DNA of 64,000 nt from an uncultured Nitrospira sp. (lineage in GTDB: Bacteria > Nitrospirota > Thermodesulfovibrionia > Thermodesulfovibrionales > UBA6898): contig CAWDEY010000002.1 of NCBI GenBank assembly GCA_963801505.1, positions 14,231 to 78,230 on the forward strand, in the 5' to 3' direction. The notes beneath the pieces are model-generated. The model did not search any database. It had not been told where the DNA came from and saw only the letters and a list, made by a program, of their open reading frames with translations. Position numbers and translations under genes: made by a program. This document shows positions 39,600 to 47,626 of the stretch, one piece after another. Within the stretch, counting starts at the first letter, position 1; every line of letters starts with the position of its first letter.

Positions 39600-40763
39600 T
39601 TATTTTATTATCTGGTTCATCTGGAATATGGGCAGGAGGATGGATATCACCATAAAGCCCACAACCGCCCCCATCACCAGGATTATAGTAGGTTCAAGCA
39701 AACGGAGGAAGTTGTCGACAGATTTTCTGAAATCCCTTTCTGCCATGTCTGCTATCCTTTCAAGAGATACCTCAAGCCCTCCGGTTTTCTCGCCTGTTAG
39801 CAACAGCTGGAGGTGTGTCGGCGGCAAAAAAAGCGCAAGGTCCGAAAGTTTTTTGCCTTCTTTGACTTCATCCTTGATCCTGTCTATCTCCGAAGCAAGG
39901 TACTCGCTGCCTGAGACGTCCCTTGAATATTCGAGCGCCTTTATTATCGAGACCCCTCCCGAGAGAAGAAGGCCCAGCACCCTGCAAAACCTTGAAATAT
40001 AAAGGTCTCTAAATGACTTAATGGGAAAATAAAAAAGCTTTTTTGACAGGTACATCTTTTTTTTCCGGTAATAGGCCCTGCCTGAAAAAAAAGCCGCTGC
40101 CACAAAGATAATCAGCAGGTACCAGTAGCCGTAGAGAAAATTACTGAGGCCCATGAATATCCTTGTTATGAGGGGCAGGGGAATCTTTTGGTCCATGAAT
40201 ATTCCCGTCACCTTTGGAAAAACAAAGACGAAAATGAAAAATATCATCAGCATGGAGACCGTAACCATGAAGGCCGGGTATATCAGGGCCGACCTGACCT
40301 TGCCCTTCAGTTCCTTCTCCCTCTCCAGAAAACCCGCGAGGCTGGTAAGCACCGTATCGAGCTTTCCCGACTCTTCACCGGCCCTCACCATGGACGCTGT
40401 GTACTGCGGAAAAAAATCCTTCCTAAGCTCCATGGCTCCGGAAAGGCTGAGTCCCTTCACAACATTGTTGTAAACATCCTCCATGACCTTCTTTACATTC
40501 CCCACAGTTTCCCCGGAGATTGACTTTACTGCTGCAGGCACCAGGACACCAGCGGATATCATTGCCGAGAGGTTAATAAAGATATCTGAAATGCCTATCC
40601 CCTTTTCCAGTCTGAAGCCGGATCTCTCGTCCTTTTCAATGTCTTTTACGAAAAGACCCTTCTCCCTGAGATCAAGTATGGCCTCGTTTTCGTCGCGAGA
40701 AAAGGTCTTCCCGCTTATCTCCCTGCCTTTGGTATTGTACGCCAGATATTTAAAATTCGGCAT
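39600..40763 (-). CDS. gspF: type II secretion system inner-membrane platform protein F
   Basis: Two GspF-family repeats, three TM segments, 387 aa; adjacent to gspE. Confidence 0.88.
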   Translation of the reverse strand: MPNFKYLAYNTKGREISGKTFSRDENEAILDLREKGLFVKDIEKDERSGFRLEKGIGISDIFINLSAMISAGVLVPAAVKSISGETVGNVKKVMEDVYNNVVKGLSLSGAMELRKDFFPQYTASMVRAGEESGKLDTVLTSLAGFLEREKELKGKVRSALIYPAFMVTVSMLMIFFIFVFVFPKVTGIFMDQKIPLPLITRIFMGLSNFLYGYWYLLIIFVAAAFFSGRAYYRKKKMYLSKKLFYFPIKSFRDLYISRFCRVLGLLLSGGVSIIKALEYSRDVSGSEYLASEIDRIKDEVKEGKKLSDLALFLPPTHLQLLLTGEKTGGLEVSLERIADMAERDFRKSVDNFLRLLEPTIILVMGAVVGFMVISILLPIFQMNQIIK

Positions 40764-42273
40764 AATCCTGGTTTGTCACCCTGAGGACTTCTTCAAGGGT
40801 AGTTATCCCCTGTTTCACCTTGCTGATGCCATCATCCATAAGTGTTTCCATACCTTTTTGGACCGCTCTTTGCTTGATGGTCCTGGCGTCTTTTTTGGCA
40901 AGGATGAGATCTTTTATCTCTTCGTCTATCGAGAGGAACTCGAATATGCCTGTTCTTCCGAGGTAGCCCTTGCCCCTGCATTCCGGACAGCCCTTGCCCC
41001 TGTAGACCGTATCAACCTGCTTCAAGGCAGGAAGTCCGGACTTCTCCCCCGGAGAGAAAGTCACCGGAGTCTTGCAGAAATCGCATACCTTCCTCACAAG
41101 CCTCTGCGCCAACACACCTGAAAGTGATGACGCCACCAAAAAAGGTTCAATCTCCATGTCCACAAGCCTCGTGACTGCCGAGGCCGAGTCGTTCGTGTGG
41201 AGCGTAGAGAGCACCAGGTGGCCGGTGAGTGAGGCCTGTATAGCTATCTCTGCTGTCTCCCTGTCCCGGATCTCTCCAACCATTATGATATCCGGGTCCT
41301 GTCTGAGCACAGACCTGAGGCCGGTAGCAAAATTCAGGTTTATCTTCGGGTTCACCTGGATCTGTCCCACCCCTTTTATCTGGTATTCCACGGGGTCCTC
41401 GATTGTGATTATGTTCTTCTCTTCGCTGTATATCTTAAGCAGACTGCCGTAAAGGGTCGTTGTCTTTCCGGACCCTGTGGGACCTGTTACCAGCAGTATG
41501 CCGTTTGACCTGGAAAGCACCGAAGTGAACTGGGGCATCCTGCTTTCTCCAAGGCCGAGTTCCTCAAGACTCATTACACCCTTCATCCTGTCGAGTATCC
41601 TCAACACAGCCCTCTCACCGAAAAAAGTGGGTATTATGGAGACCCTTATGTCTATGTCCTTGCCGCCTACTATGAGGCGGATGCGTCCGTCCTGGGGGAG
41701 CCTCTTTTCAGCAATATCAAGGTTCGCCAGCACCTTGATGCGTGAGATGAGGGCGTCCTGTATTATTTTCGGAGGGGTCAGAAGCTTTTTCAGTATTCCG
41801 TCTACCCTGAATCTCACCTCGAGTTCCCGCTCGTAAGGCTCAATGTGTATATCACTGGCCCTCTCCTTCACTGCCTCAAGAAAAAGCGCGTTGAGCAGTT
41901 TAATCACCGGCGCCTCGTCCTTGAACTCAAGGAGGTCCTTTGGAAGCTCGGCCGACTGCGTGAACATCTTCAGATCTTCGCCGGAAATCTCCCCCATAAC
42001 AGTCTCAGCCGATGGAACAAGGCTGTAAGCCTGGTTGAGCAGACTCATGAGAGTCTCTTCTGAGGAATGTCCGTACTCTGAATCAAGGCCCAGTTTCCTG
42101 GCCACGTCCTGCAGCGCGTATACGCCATTGTCATCACAGACCAGACCGAACAGGCGATTGTCCTGCCTTTTGTACACAAGGACCCTGTTGTTCCGTGAAA
42201 ACTCAAAGGGGATTTCCTTCAGCAGGACAATATCAACATCAGAAAGCTGAAGCGTAAGGACTTCCTTGGTCAC
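40750..42273 (-). CDS. gspE: type II secretion system ATPase E
   Basis: Walker A GPTGSGKTTT, Asp box, Walker B, His box, and tetracysteine motif CDFC...CPEC. Confidence 0.93.
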   Translation of the reverse strand: MTKEVLTLQLSDVDIVLLKEIPFEFSRNNRVLVYKRQDNRLFGLVCDDNGVYALQDVARKLGLDSEYGHSSEETLMSLLNQAYSLVPSAETVMGEISGEDLKMFTQSAELPKDLLEFKDEAPVIKLLNALFLEAVKERASDIHIEPYERELEVRFRVDGILKKLLTPPKIIQDALISRIKVLANLDIAEKRLPQDGRIRLIVGGKDIDIRVSIIPTFFGERAVLRILDRMKGVMSLEELGLGESRMPQFTSVLSRSNGILLVTGPTGSGKTTTLYGSLLKIYSEEKNIITIEDPVEYQIKGVGQIQVNPKINLNFATGLRSVLRQDPDIIMVGEIRDRETAEIAIQASLTGHLVLSTLHTNDSASAVTRLVDMEIEPFLVASSLSGVLAQRLVRKVCDFCKTPVTFSPGEKSGLPALKQVDTVYRGKGCPECRGKGYLGRTGIFEFLSIDEEIKDLILAKKDARTIKQRAVQKGMETLMDDGISKVKQGITTLEEVLRVTNQDYAEF

Positions 42274-44354
42274 TAGTCCTTCACCTTCAGATTAAGCTCA
42301 ATGTCCTCTATAAGGCCGGACTTATACAGTTCATCCTTTGTCTCTTTAAACCCCTTGCCTTCAGGCATCTCTATCAGGTAAAGACCGTCTGCCATCTTTT
42401 CTTTTATCTTTATCCTTTTTTGTTTCAGCAGGGCCACCAGGTCAGCCTCGGAAACGCCGGCCTTAAGCTTCAAAACAGCCTCGCCGAAACGGTCGTCAGA
42501 AATATGTTTGGTAAAATCAGCCTTCTTTTTGGCAGAGAGGGCCGCAAGGTCCGCCGAATCCCTTATGATATGCGGTGTCAGAAATACAACCAGGTTGGTT
42601 TTTGTCTTGTTTAACGACTTGAACTTAAAGAGGTAGCCCAGATACGGTATGTCGCCAAGCAACGGCACCTTGGTTACTATCTCCTCTCCTTTTTCCTGCA
42701 TGAGCCCGCCTATGACCACGGTCTGGTTGTCCCTGACAACGACCGATGTCTTTGTCGAACGCTTTGTGGTAGTAGGGCCGACCTGGGTCAAAATAGCAAC
42801 GCTTGTCTCCTGCTTCAGGGAAGATATTTCCTGATAGATGTCGAGCTTTACATACTCTCCTTCGGTTATCTGAGGCGTCAGCTTAAGCATAATGCCCACG
42901 TCCTTGCGCTCTATTACATTGAAAAGGCTCCCCGTCTGCGTCCCTGTTGTGTCGGTCTCTCTCTTTGATATAAACGGCACGTTCTCTCCGACCATGATCT
43001 CTGCCTCTTTGTTGTCAGAGGTGAGTATCTGCGGGGTGGAGAGCACATTGACCGCGTCCCGGAACTCATTGACACTGAAGAGGGCGGAGAATCCGGGCAC
43101 AGTCAGAGTACTCGTGACCGCCCCCTGCGTGACAGGCACACTTAAAAAATTGCCCATACCGCCAGCTGAGAAACCGGCAAGACCGTTGACGACATCCAGC
43201 AGGGCGCTGCTGTCCATAGTCCCGAACCCGGCGATCGCTACAGGCTCGCCGTTATTCTGCGCTATCGTACGCCACTTGGAGCCCAGTTCACTGAGCTTGT
43301 CCAGGGAAGCTTCCACTATCATTGCTTCAACGTATACCTGCTTGCGCCGTTTGTCGAGGCCCGTGATAATGCCGAGAAGGTTCTGGTAAAGCCCGGCAGG
43401 CGCGTTTATGATAAGCGAATTCGTCGCCTTGTCAGGCGTTATGGTGACCTTGCTTTTCGTATCCTGGGCCGGCTGCCCCTGCCTGGCCTTCTCCTCTATG
43501 CCCTTAACAACACTGTCGAGTACCTTGGCAAGCTCACCGGCGTCCGCGTTCTCAAGGAAATAGACTTTGATGTTGCCTGTCAGGTCTGTAGAGGGGACGT
43601 CAAGAAGGGCAATGAGCTTTTTTATTGATTCTTTTGCGTAGCTTGACCCAATCAGGATAAGGGCATTGAGCCTGGTATCTGCCATGACCTTTATCTCGTC
43701 TCCGCCGGTTCCTGCCTTCTCCTTTCTCTTCAGCGAATCGTTTATAATCTTTGCCATATCTTCTGCCACGCCGTTTTTGATCTGATATATCTCCGGATCG
43801 TCCTTTACAAGGGGCTGGTCCACAAAGGAAAGGATGTGCTCGATCCTCTGTATGTTCTGGGCATTTTCCACAAGCAGCAGATAATTGCCTGTACCGAAAA
43901 CCGAAATATGACCGTCCCTTGAGATAAGCGGCTGAAAAAACTTCAGGGCATCTTCAGCGCTTATATAACTGAGAGGTATAAGCTTTGTGATATAAGAGTC
44001 AGTGGCCTTTTCATCTCCATCCTCAGGAGAGATTGTCTTTGCCTGACCCGAGGGCACTATCTTCAGCAGGTTTCCCGGCGCGGGTATCAGGGTGTAGCCC
44101 TTAAGGTTGAGAACAGACGTAAAGAGAGAGAAGGCCTCGTCAGCCGATATCTTTGAGGGCGCTATTATCGTTATCTTGCCCTTCAGCGTATCGTCGAATA
44201 TGAAGTTCTTCCCCGTGACATCGCTGATGAACTTGACCACATTGGGAAGCTCAACGTCCTGCAGGTTAACTGCTATGAGGTTTTTCTTCGGTCCGGCATT
44301 CGCGACCGAAACCAGCAGAAAAATAATAAGAAGACCTATAACTATTTTCTTCAC
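42273..44354 (-). CDS. gspD: type II secretion system secretin D
   Basis: Signal peptide, N0-N3 domains, secretin domain (VPLLGDIPYLGYLFK); about 90 extra residues C-terminal to the secretin core. Confidence 0.92.
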   Translation of the reverse strand: MKKIVIGLLIIFLLVSVANAGPKKNLIAVNLQDVELPNVVKFISDVTGKNFIFDDTLKGKITIIAPSKISADEAFSLFTSVLNLKGYTLIPAPGNLLKIVPSGQAKTISPEDGDEKATDSYITKLIPLSYISAEDALKFFQPLISRDGHISVFGTGNYLLLVENAQNIQRIEHILSFVDQPLVKDDPEIYQIKNGVAEDMAKIINDSLKRKEKAGTGGDEIKVMADTRLNALILIGSSYAKESIKKLIALLDVPSTDLTGNIKVYFLENADAGELAKVLDSVVKGIEEKARQGQPAQDTKSKVTITPDKATNSLIINAPAGLYQNLLGIITGLDKRRKQVYVEAMIVEASLDKLSELGSKWRTIAQNNGEPVAIAGFGTMDSSALLDVVNGLAGFSAGGMGNFLSVPVTQGAVTSTLTVPGFSALFSVNEFRDAVNVLSTPQILTSDNKEAEIMVGENVPFISKRETDTTGTQTGSLFNVIERKDVGIMLKLTPQITEGEYVKLDIYQEISSLKQETSVAILTQVGPTTTKRSTKTSVVVRDNQTVVIGGLMQEKGEEIVTKVPLLGDIPYLGYLFKFKSLNKTKTNLVVFLTPHIIRDSADLAALSAKKKADFTKHISDDRFGEAVLKLKAGVSEADLVALLKQKRIKIKEKMADGLYLIEMPEGKGFKETKDELYKSGLIEDIELNLKVKD

Positions 44355-44364
44355 ATTAGCCCCC

Positions 44365-45207
44365 CTAATTGATATGGAATACCTGAGTCATAGGTACACC
44401 ATTCCGTATTATGTCCAGATCCATCGTGTCGAGCTCCTTTATCATGTTGAATATCTTCACCCCATCACTGGGTGAATTCAGATCTACGTTGTTTGCCCTG
44501 AGAATTATGTCTCCATTTCTCAGTCCCATATTCTCATAAAATCCCCCGGGCTTGACCTCTCTCACAAGGAAGCCTTCCTGCTTCCCGTTCTTGAGAATAG
44601 GCATAAGCCTTGCGCCCGTAAGGATCTCGTTGGGATTTTCAAGAAACTTCTTGATCTGCTCCCTGTCAAAGGTCATTTCTTTTCTGTTTTGCTGGGGCTG
44701 CCCAGATACAGGAGAGCCCGCGGGGGTTTTATTGGCAACGGTTTCAATGGCAGGAAATTTCAGTTCAAAGACACTGCCCTGCTGAGAGATTCTGACCTTG
44801 TCCGCATAAACAGCAGTGAGTTTCCCGGCACCGAAGACATCGTCCCCGCGCTTAAAAAGCATCTGCACAGCGTCCTTGTTTTCTATGAAAGCAAATCCGG
44901 GCTTATACGTTATCACTCCCTTTAAGACAAGACCTTTAGGGTCGGTGACTGTACCCGTCTCCTTCCTGATAACAGAAAACCTTGCCCCCTTTATCCCGAA
45001 AGGATTTTTTTCAACAACAGCGGCAAAGGCGTTTATTGTTTTAGGACCTTCCATGCCATAAGACTTGCCTTCAATTTTGGCTGCATTTCCCTTTGTTGAG
45101 ACAAATTGAAGGACCTTTCCCATATTAAATGAAATTGCCAACACCAATACAATAATGCCTGCTGCATTTAAAAACGAGCGCTTTTTAAAAAAATTAAGCA
45201 TTTGCAT
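44365..45207 (-). CDS. gspC: type II secretion system protein C (PDZ-containing)
   Basis: N-terminal TM anchor, HR-like region, C-terminal PDZ (GLRNGDIILRANNVDL); precedes gspD. Confidence 0.8.
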   Translation of the reverse strand: MQMLNFFKKRSFLNAAGIIVLVLAISFNMGKVLQFVSTKGNAAKIEGKSYGMEGPKTINAFAAVVEKNPFGIKGARFSVIRKETGTVTDPKGLVLKGVITYKPGFAFIENKDAVQMLFKRGDDVFGAGKLTAVYADKVRISQQGSVFELKFPAIETVANKTPAGSPVSGQPQQNRKEMTFDREQIKKFLENPNEILTGARLMPILKNGKQEGFLVREVKPGGFYENMGLRNGDIILRANNVDLNSPSDGVKIFNMIKELDTMDLDIIRNGVPMTQVFHIN

Positions 45208-45288
45208 AGATTACCAGAAAATTAATTATAAAGACAAAAGAAATCATGTACATCAGGTATCCATTCAGTTATGGGAGTCAATCATCAT

Positions 45289-45385
45289 AAAATCTCCCAT
45301 TTCCATAAAATCTCCCCTCACCCCTCTTTTCCAAAGAGGGGAATTATTCCTCCCTTTGGCAAAGGGAGGTTAGGAGGGATTTTCC
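45289..45385. repeat. double GC-hairpin repeat, family D copy 2
   Basis: CCCCTCTTTTCCAAAGAGGGG and TCCTCCCTTTGGCAAAGGGAGG; matches 32656-32731. Confidence 0.8.
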
Positions 45386-45547
45386 CGACAATAACTATAC
45401 CCGTATCTGGAGGGATACTACATCAGTTCGTTATGCGCTGACACATCTATGCATTCCTGACTATTTGAGGAAAATCACCTCTTTTGCCGAAGGCAGCACC
45501 TCAAGGGAAACAATTATAAAAGCATATCGGCTTTCCCGCTTTCCAGG

Positions 45548-47068
45548 TCACTGTGAAAACCGGGATACTCTCTGACTGACGTCCATATAATGGTAATCCT
45601 CGGCAAGGATCCTGTTAAAGATAGTCTTTGCGACATCCGCCTTTCCTGAAAGTTCATGATACAGCGCAAGATAGTAGTACGGCTCGAGATTTAATTTGTT
45701 CACCGGTTCATTACCGACCGCCTTACTGAACTTTTCAACAGCCAGCTTCGTCATGCCTTTCTGCCAGAATATCCTGCCGATAGGCACAGACGCAGGTTTA
45801 TAATCAGGAGATTGAGGTCCTATCTTCTGAAAGACAGCCAGCGCACTGTCAATAAGATCAAGCTGCATAAAAAGCTTGCCTGCCCTGAGATGGTCCCCGC
45901 CTTTATCATAAAGTTCCGCAACCTTCCTGTCAGTTTGACCGGTCTTTTGATATGTGTCCGCTGCCGTGATATATCTCCCGGCCTTTTCAAAGTTTTCTGC
46001 AGCCCTTAAAAAATCATTCCCCCGGAAGAACATTTCTCCGGCCTCGTTGAGAAAGCCGGCCTTTGCATATAATTCACCTGCTTTGGCATAGCTGCCTGCC
46101 TCCATGGAGATCTCTGCAGCCAGCGCAAGATCCCCGGACTTCTCGGCAGACAATGCGGCCTCATGTAATTGCCCTTTCTTATAATATACTTTCGATAATA
46201 TCTCCTCTTTTTTCCTGAGATCGCCCCCTCTTTCAAATGCCTCGGCTGCCTTTTCAAGGTTGCCTGAGTGCAGATAGCATTCCCCTGCCCTTGGAAAATC
46301 GCTCTTCAGCTCATGCACAATTGCGGCCTCATAAAAAAGTCGCGCCCTTTCGTAGACCTGGACTGCCTTGTCATAATGACCGGCCTTTTCATAGAGTTTC
46401 CCGCTCATTTGCGCATATCTGCTGCCTGAAGACCCCATGTGCGCCGGATTCTTCTCATTAATAAAGCAGATCTCATAAGCCCCGGCTGCCTTAAGAGACT
46501 CGCCGGCATTTTCATAAAGCTCAGCAGCCTTTCGGAAATTTCCGCCCTTTTCATACATAAGCGCTGCATTTTTGTCGTCTTTTATCTTGAGAAAGAGCTC
46601 GGCCGCCCTTGTGTTATTTCCGGCATTTTTAAAAAAAAGCGCCGCCTTTTCAAAGTCTCCTGTTTGTTCATAAATCGCTGCGCAGGAGGCGTATTCTTTT
46701 GCCTCGAGATACATATGTGCAGCCTCTTCATACGCATTGATCGACTCATAAAGCAGGGCAGCTGCTTTGTAATCCTTTCCCGCCAACGCCTTTTTTATTC
46801 TCTTCCTGACGAATCTTTCTTCTGATCTATTTCTGGCCCTTTCAGACAGATAAGTTCTCAGGGGTTGAAATAGTTTAAGAAAGGCCGAAAAAACTGGCGT
46901 CAATATCTTTTTGACAACAAGCAGCACAATAAGCAGGGTCAGAGCAACAAAAAACAATAGAACATATTCTGTTGCCTGCGGAATATTGAGATATCCGGAG
47001 ATCATCTCGGCGAGTTCACGCATCTGAGGCACTATCTCATTAAGAAATTCCAATATATACGCTTTCAT
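45548..47068 (-). CDS. membrane-anchored helical-repeat protein (about twenty 13-residue AAxxYxKxGxxxK units plus C-terminal TPR-like region)
   Basis: N-terminal TM (YVLLFFVALTLLIVLLVV); tandem 13-aa periodicity is visible directly in the translation; the C-terminal region resembles TPR. Confidence 0.7.
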   Translation of the reverse strand: MKAYILEFLNEIVPQMRELAEMISGYLNIPQATEYVLLFFVALTLLIVLLVVKKILTPVFSAFLKLFQPLRTYLSERARNRSEERFVRKRIKKALAGKDYKAAALLYESINAYEEAAHMYLEAKEYASCAAIYEQTGDFEKAALFFKNAGNNTRAAELFLKIKDDKNAALMYEKGGNFRKAAELYENAGESLKAAGAYEICFINEKNPAHMGSSGSRYAQMSGKLYEKAGHYDKAVQVYERARLFYEAAIVHELKSDFPRAGECYLHSGNLEKAAEAFERGGDLRKKEEILSKVYYKKGQLHEAALSAEKSGDLALAAEISMEAGSYAKAGELYAKAGFLNEAGEMFFRGNDFLRAAENFEKAGRYITAADTYQKTGQTDRKVAELYDKGGDHLRAGKLFMQLDLIDSALAVFQKIGPQSPDYKPASVPIGRIFWQKGMTKLAVEKFSKAVGNEPVNKLNLEPYYYLALYHELSGKADVAKTIFNRILAEDYHYMDVSQRVSRFSQ

Positions 47069-47093
47069 AATATCCCCCCCATTTTGAAGCTTT

Positions 47094-47225
47094 CATGCCG
47101 TAAGACCTGCCTTCAGGCTCCGCTACATTTCCCTCCGTTGACATTAGCACAAGTACCTTTCCCGGATTACCCGCATAGATTACCAGAAAATTAATTATAA
47201 AGACAAAAGAAATTAAACACATCAG
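47094..47225 (-). pseudogene. decayed duplicate of the gspC 5-prime end and its upstream sequence
   Basis: GKVLVLMSTEGNVAEPEGRSYGMKA versus GspC GKVLQFVSTKGNAAKIEGKSYGMEG; ATAGATTACCAGAAAATTAATTATAAAGACAAAAGAAAT is identical at 45207-45245 and 47175-47213. Confidence 0.75.
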
Positions 47226-47259
47226 ATGTCCTCTCGGTTACAGGCAAAAGATGAAGAAA

Positions 47260-47341
47260 GATTCCGGACAAGCCGGAATGACAAAGCCGGATGTGAGAGC
47301 CTTTTTCTGTCATTCCAGCAAGTGAAGCGCGTCTGGAATCC
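47260..47341. repeat. small inverted-repeat element (GGAATGACA / TGTCATTCC type)
   Basis: GATTCCGGACAAGCCGGAATGACAAAG ... CTGTCATTCCAGCAAGTGAAGCGCGTCTGGAATC; a related hairpin is nested in 61358-61585. Confidence 0.6.
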
Positions 47342-47554
47342 TTTTTAGTGCAGCGTGCTAAAACCCCAGCAGAAGGGCCACTACGTCAGTTCGTTATGCG
47401 ATTTACCCCTATGGATGCCTGCGTAATTGGGAAAAATCTCCTCTTTCAACTTATTTGTTCCAAATAATATTATCGACATCAGGAAAGAAATTGCAGCGTT
47501 GATATCGTTCGCATAATAGCCAGTTTATATCTTCGGCAGAAAATGAAAATTCCA

Positions 47555-47585
47555 CGAAAAAAAAGGGCAGGCTGTTCGCCTGCCC
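47555..47585 (-). terminator. Rho-independent terminator after the Ig-like lipoprotein gene
   Basis: Minus strand: GGGCAGG-cgaacag-CCTGCCC followed by TTTTTTTT. Confidence 0.8.
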
Positions 47586-47626
47586 AGCTTAGTAACTCAA
47601 TAACCGCTAACCATAAATCTTCCAGT

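Noticed and set aside
45205-45222. Sigma-54 promoter reading of CTGGTAATCTATGCA
   Set aside because: The GG and GC elements start 10 nt apart (8 nt between them), one short of the canonical -24/-12 geometry, which has 9 nt between them. The box also overlaps the gspC start codon.
47040-47222. 60-aa ORF upstream of the repeat-protein gene
   Set aside because: It is the decayed duplicate of the gspC 5-prime end, lacking the TM anchor, so it is reported as a remnant rather than a gene.
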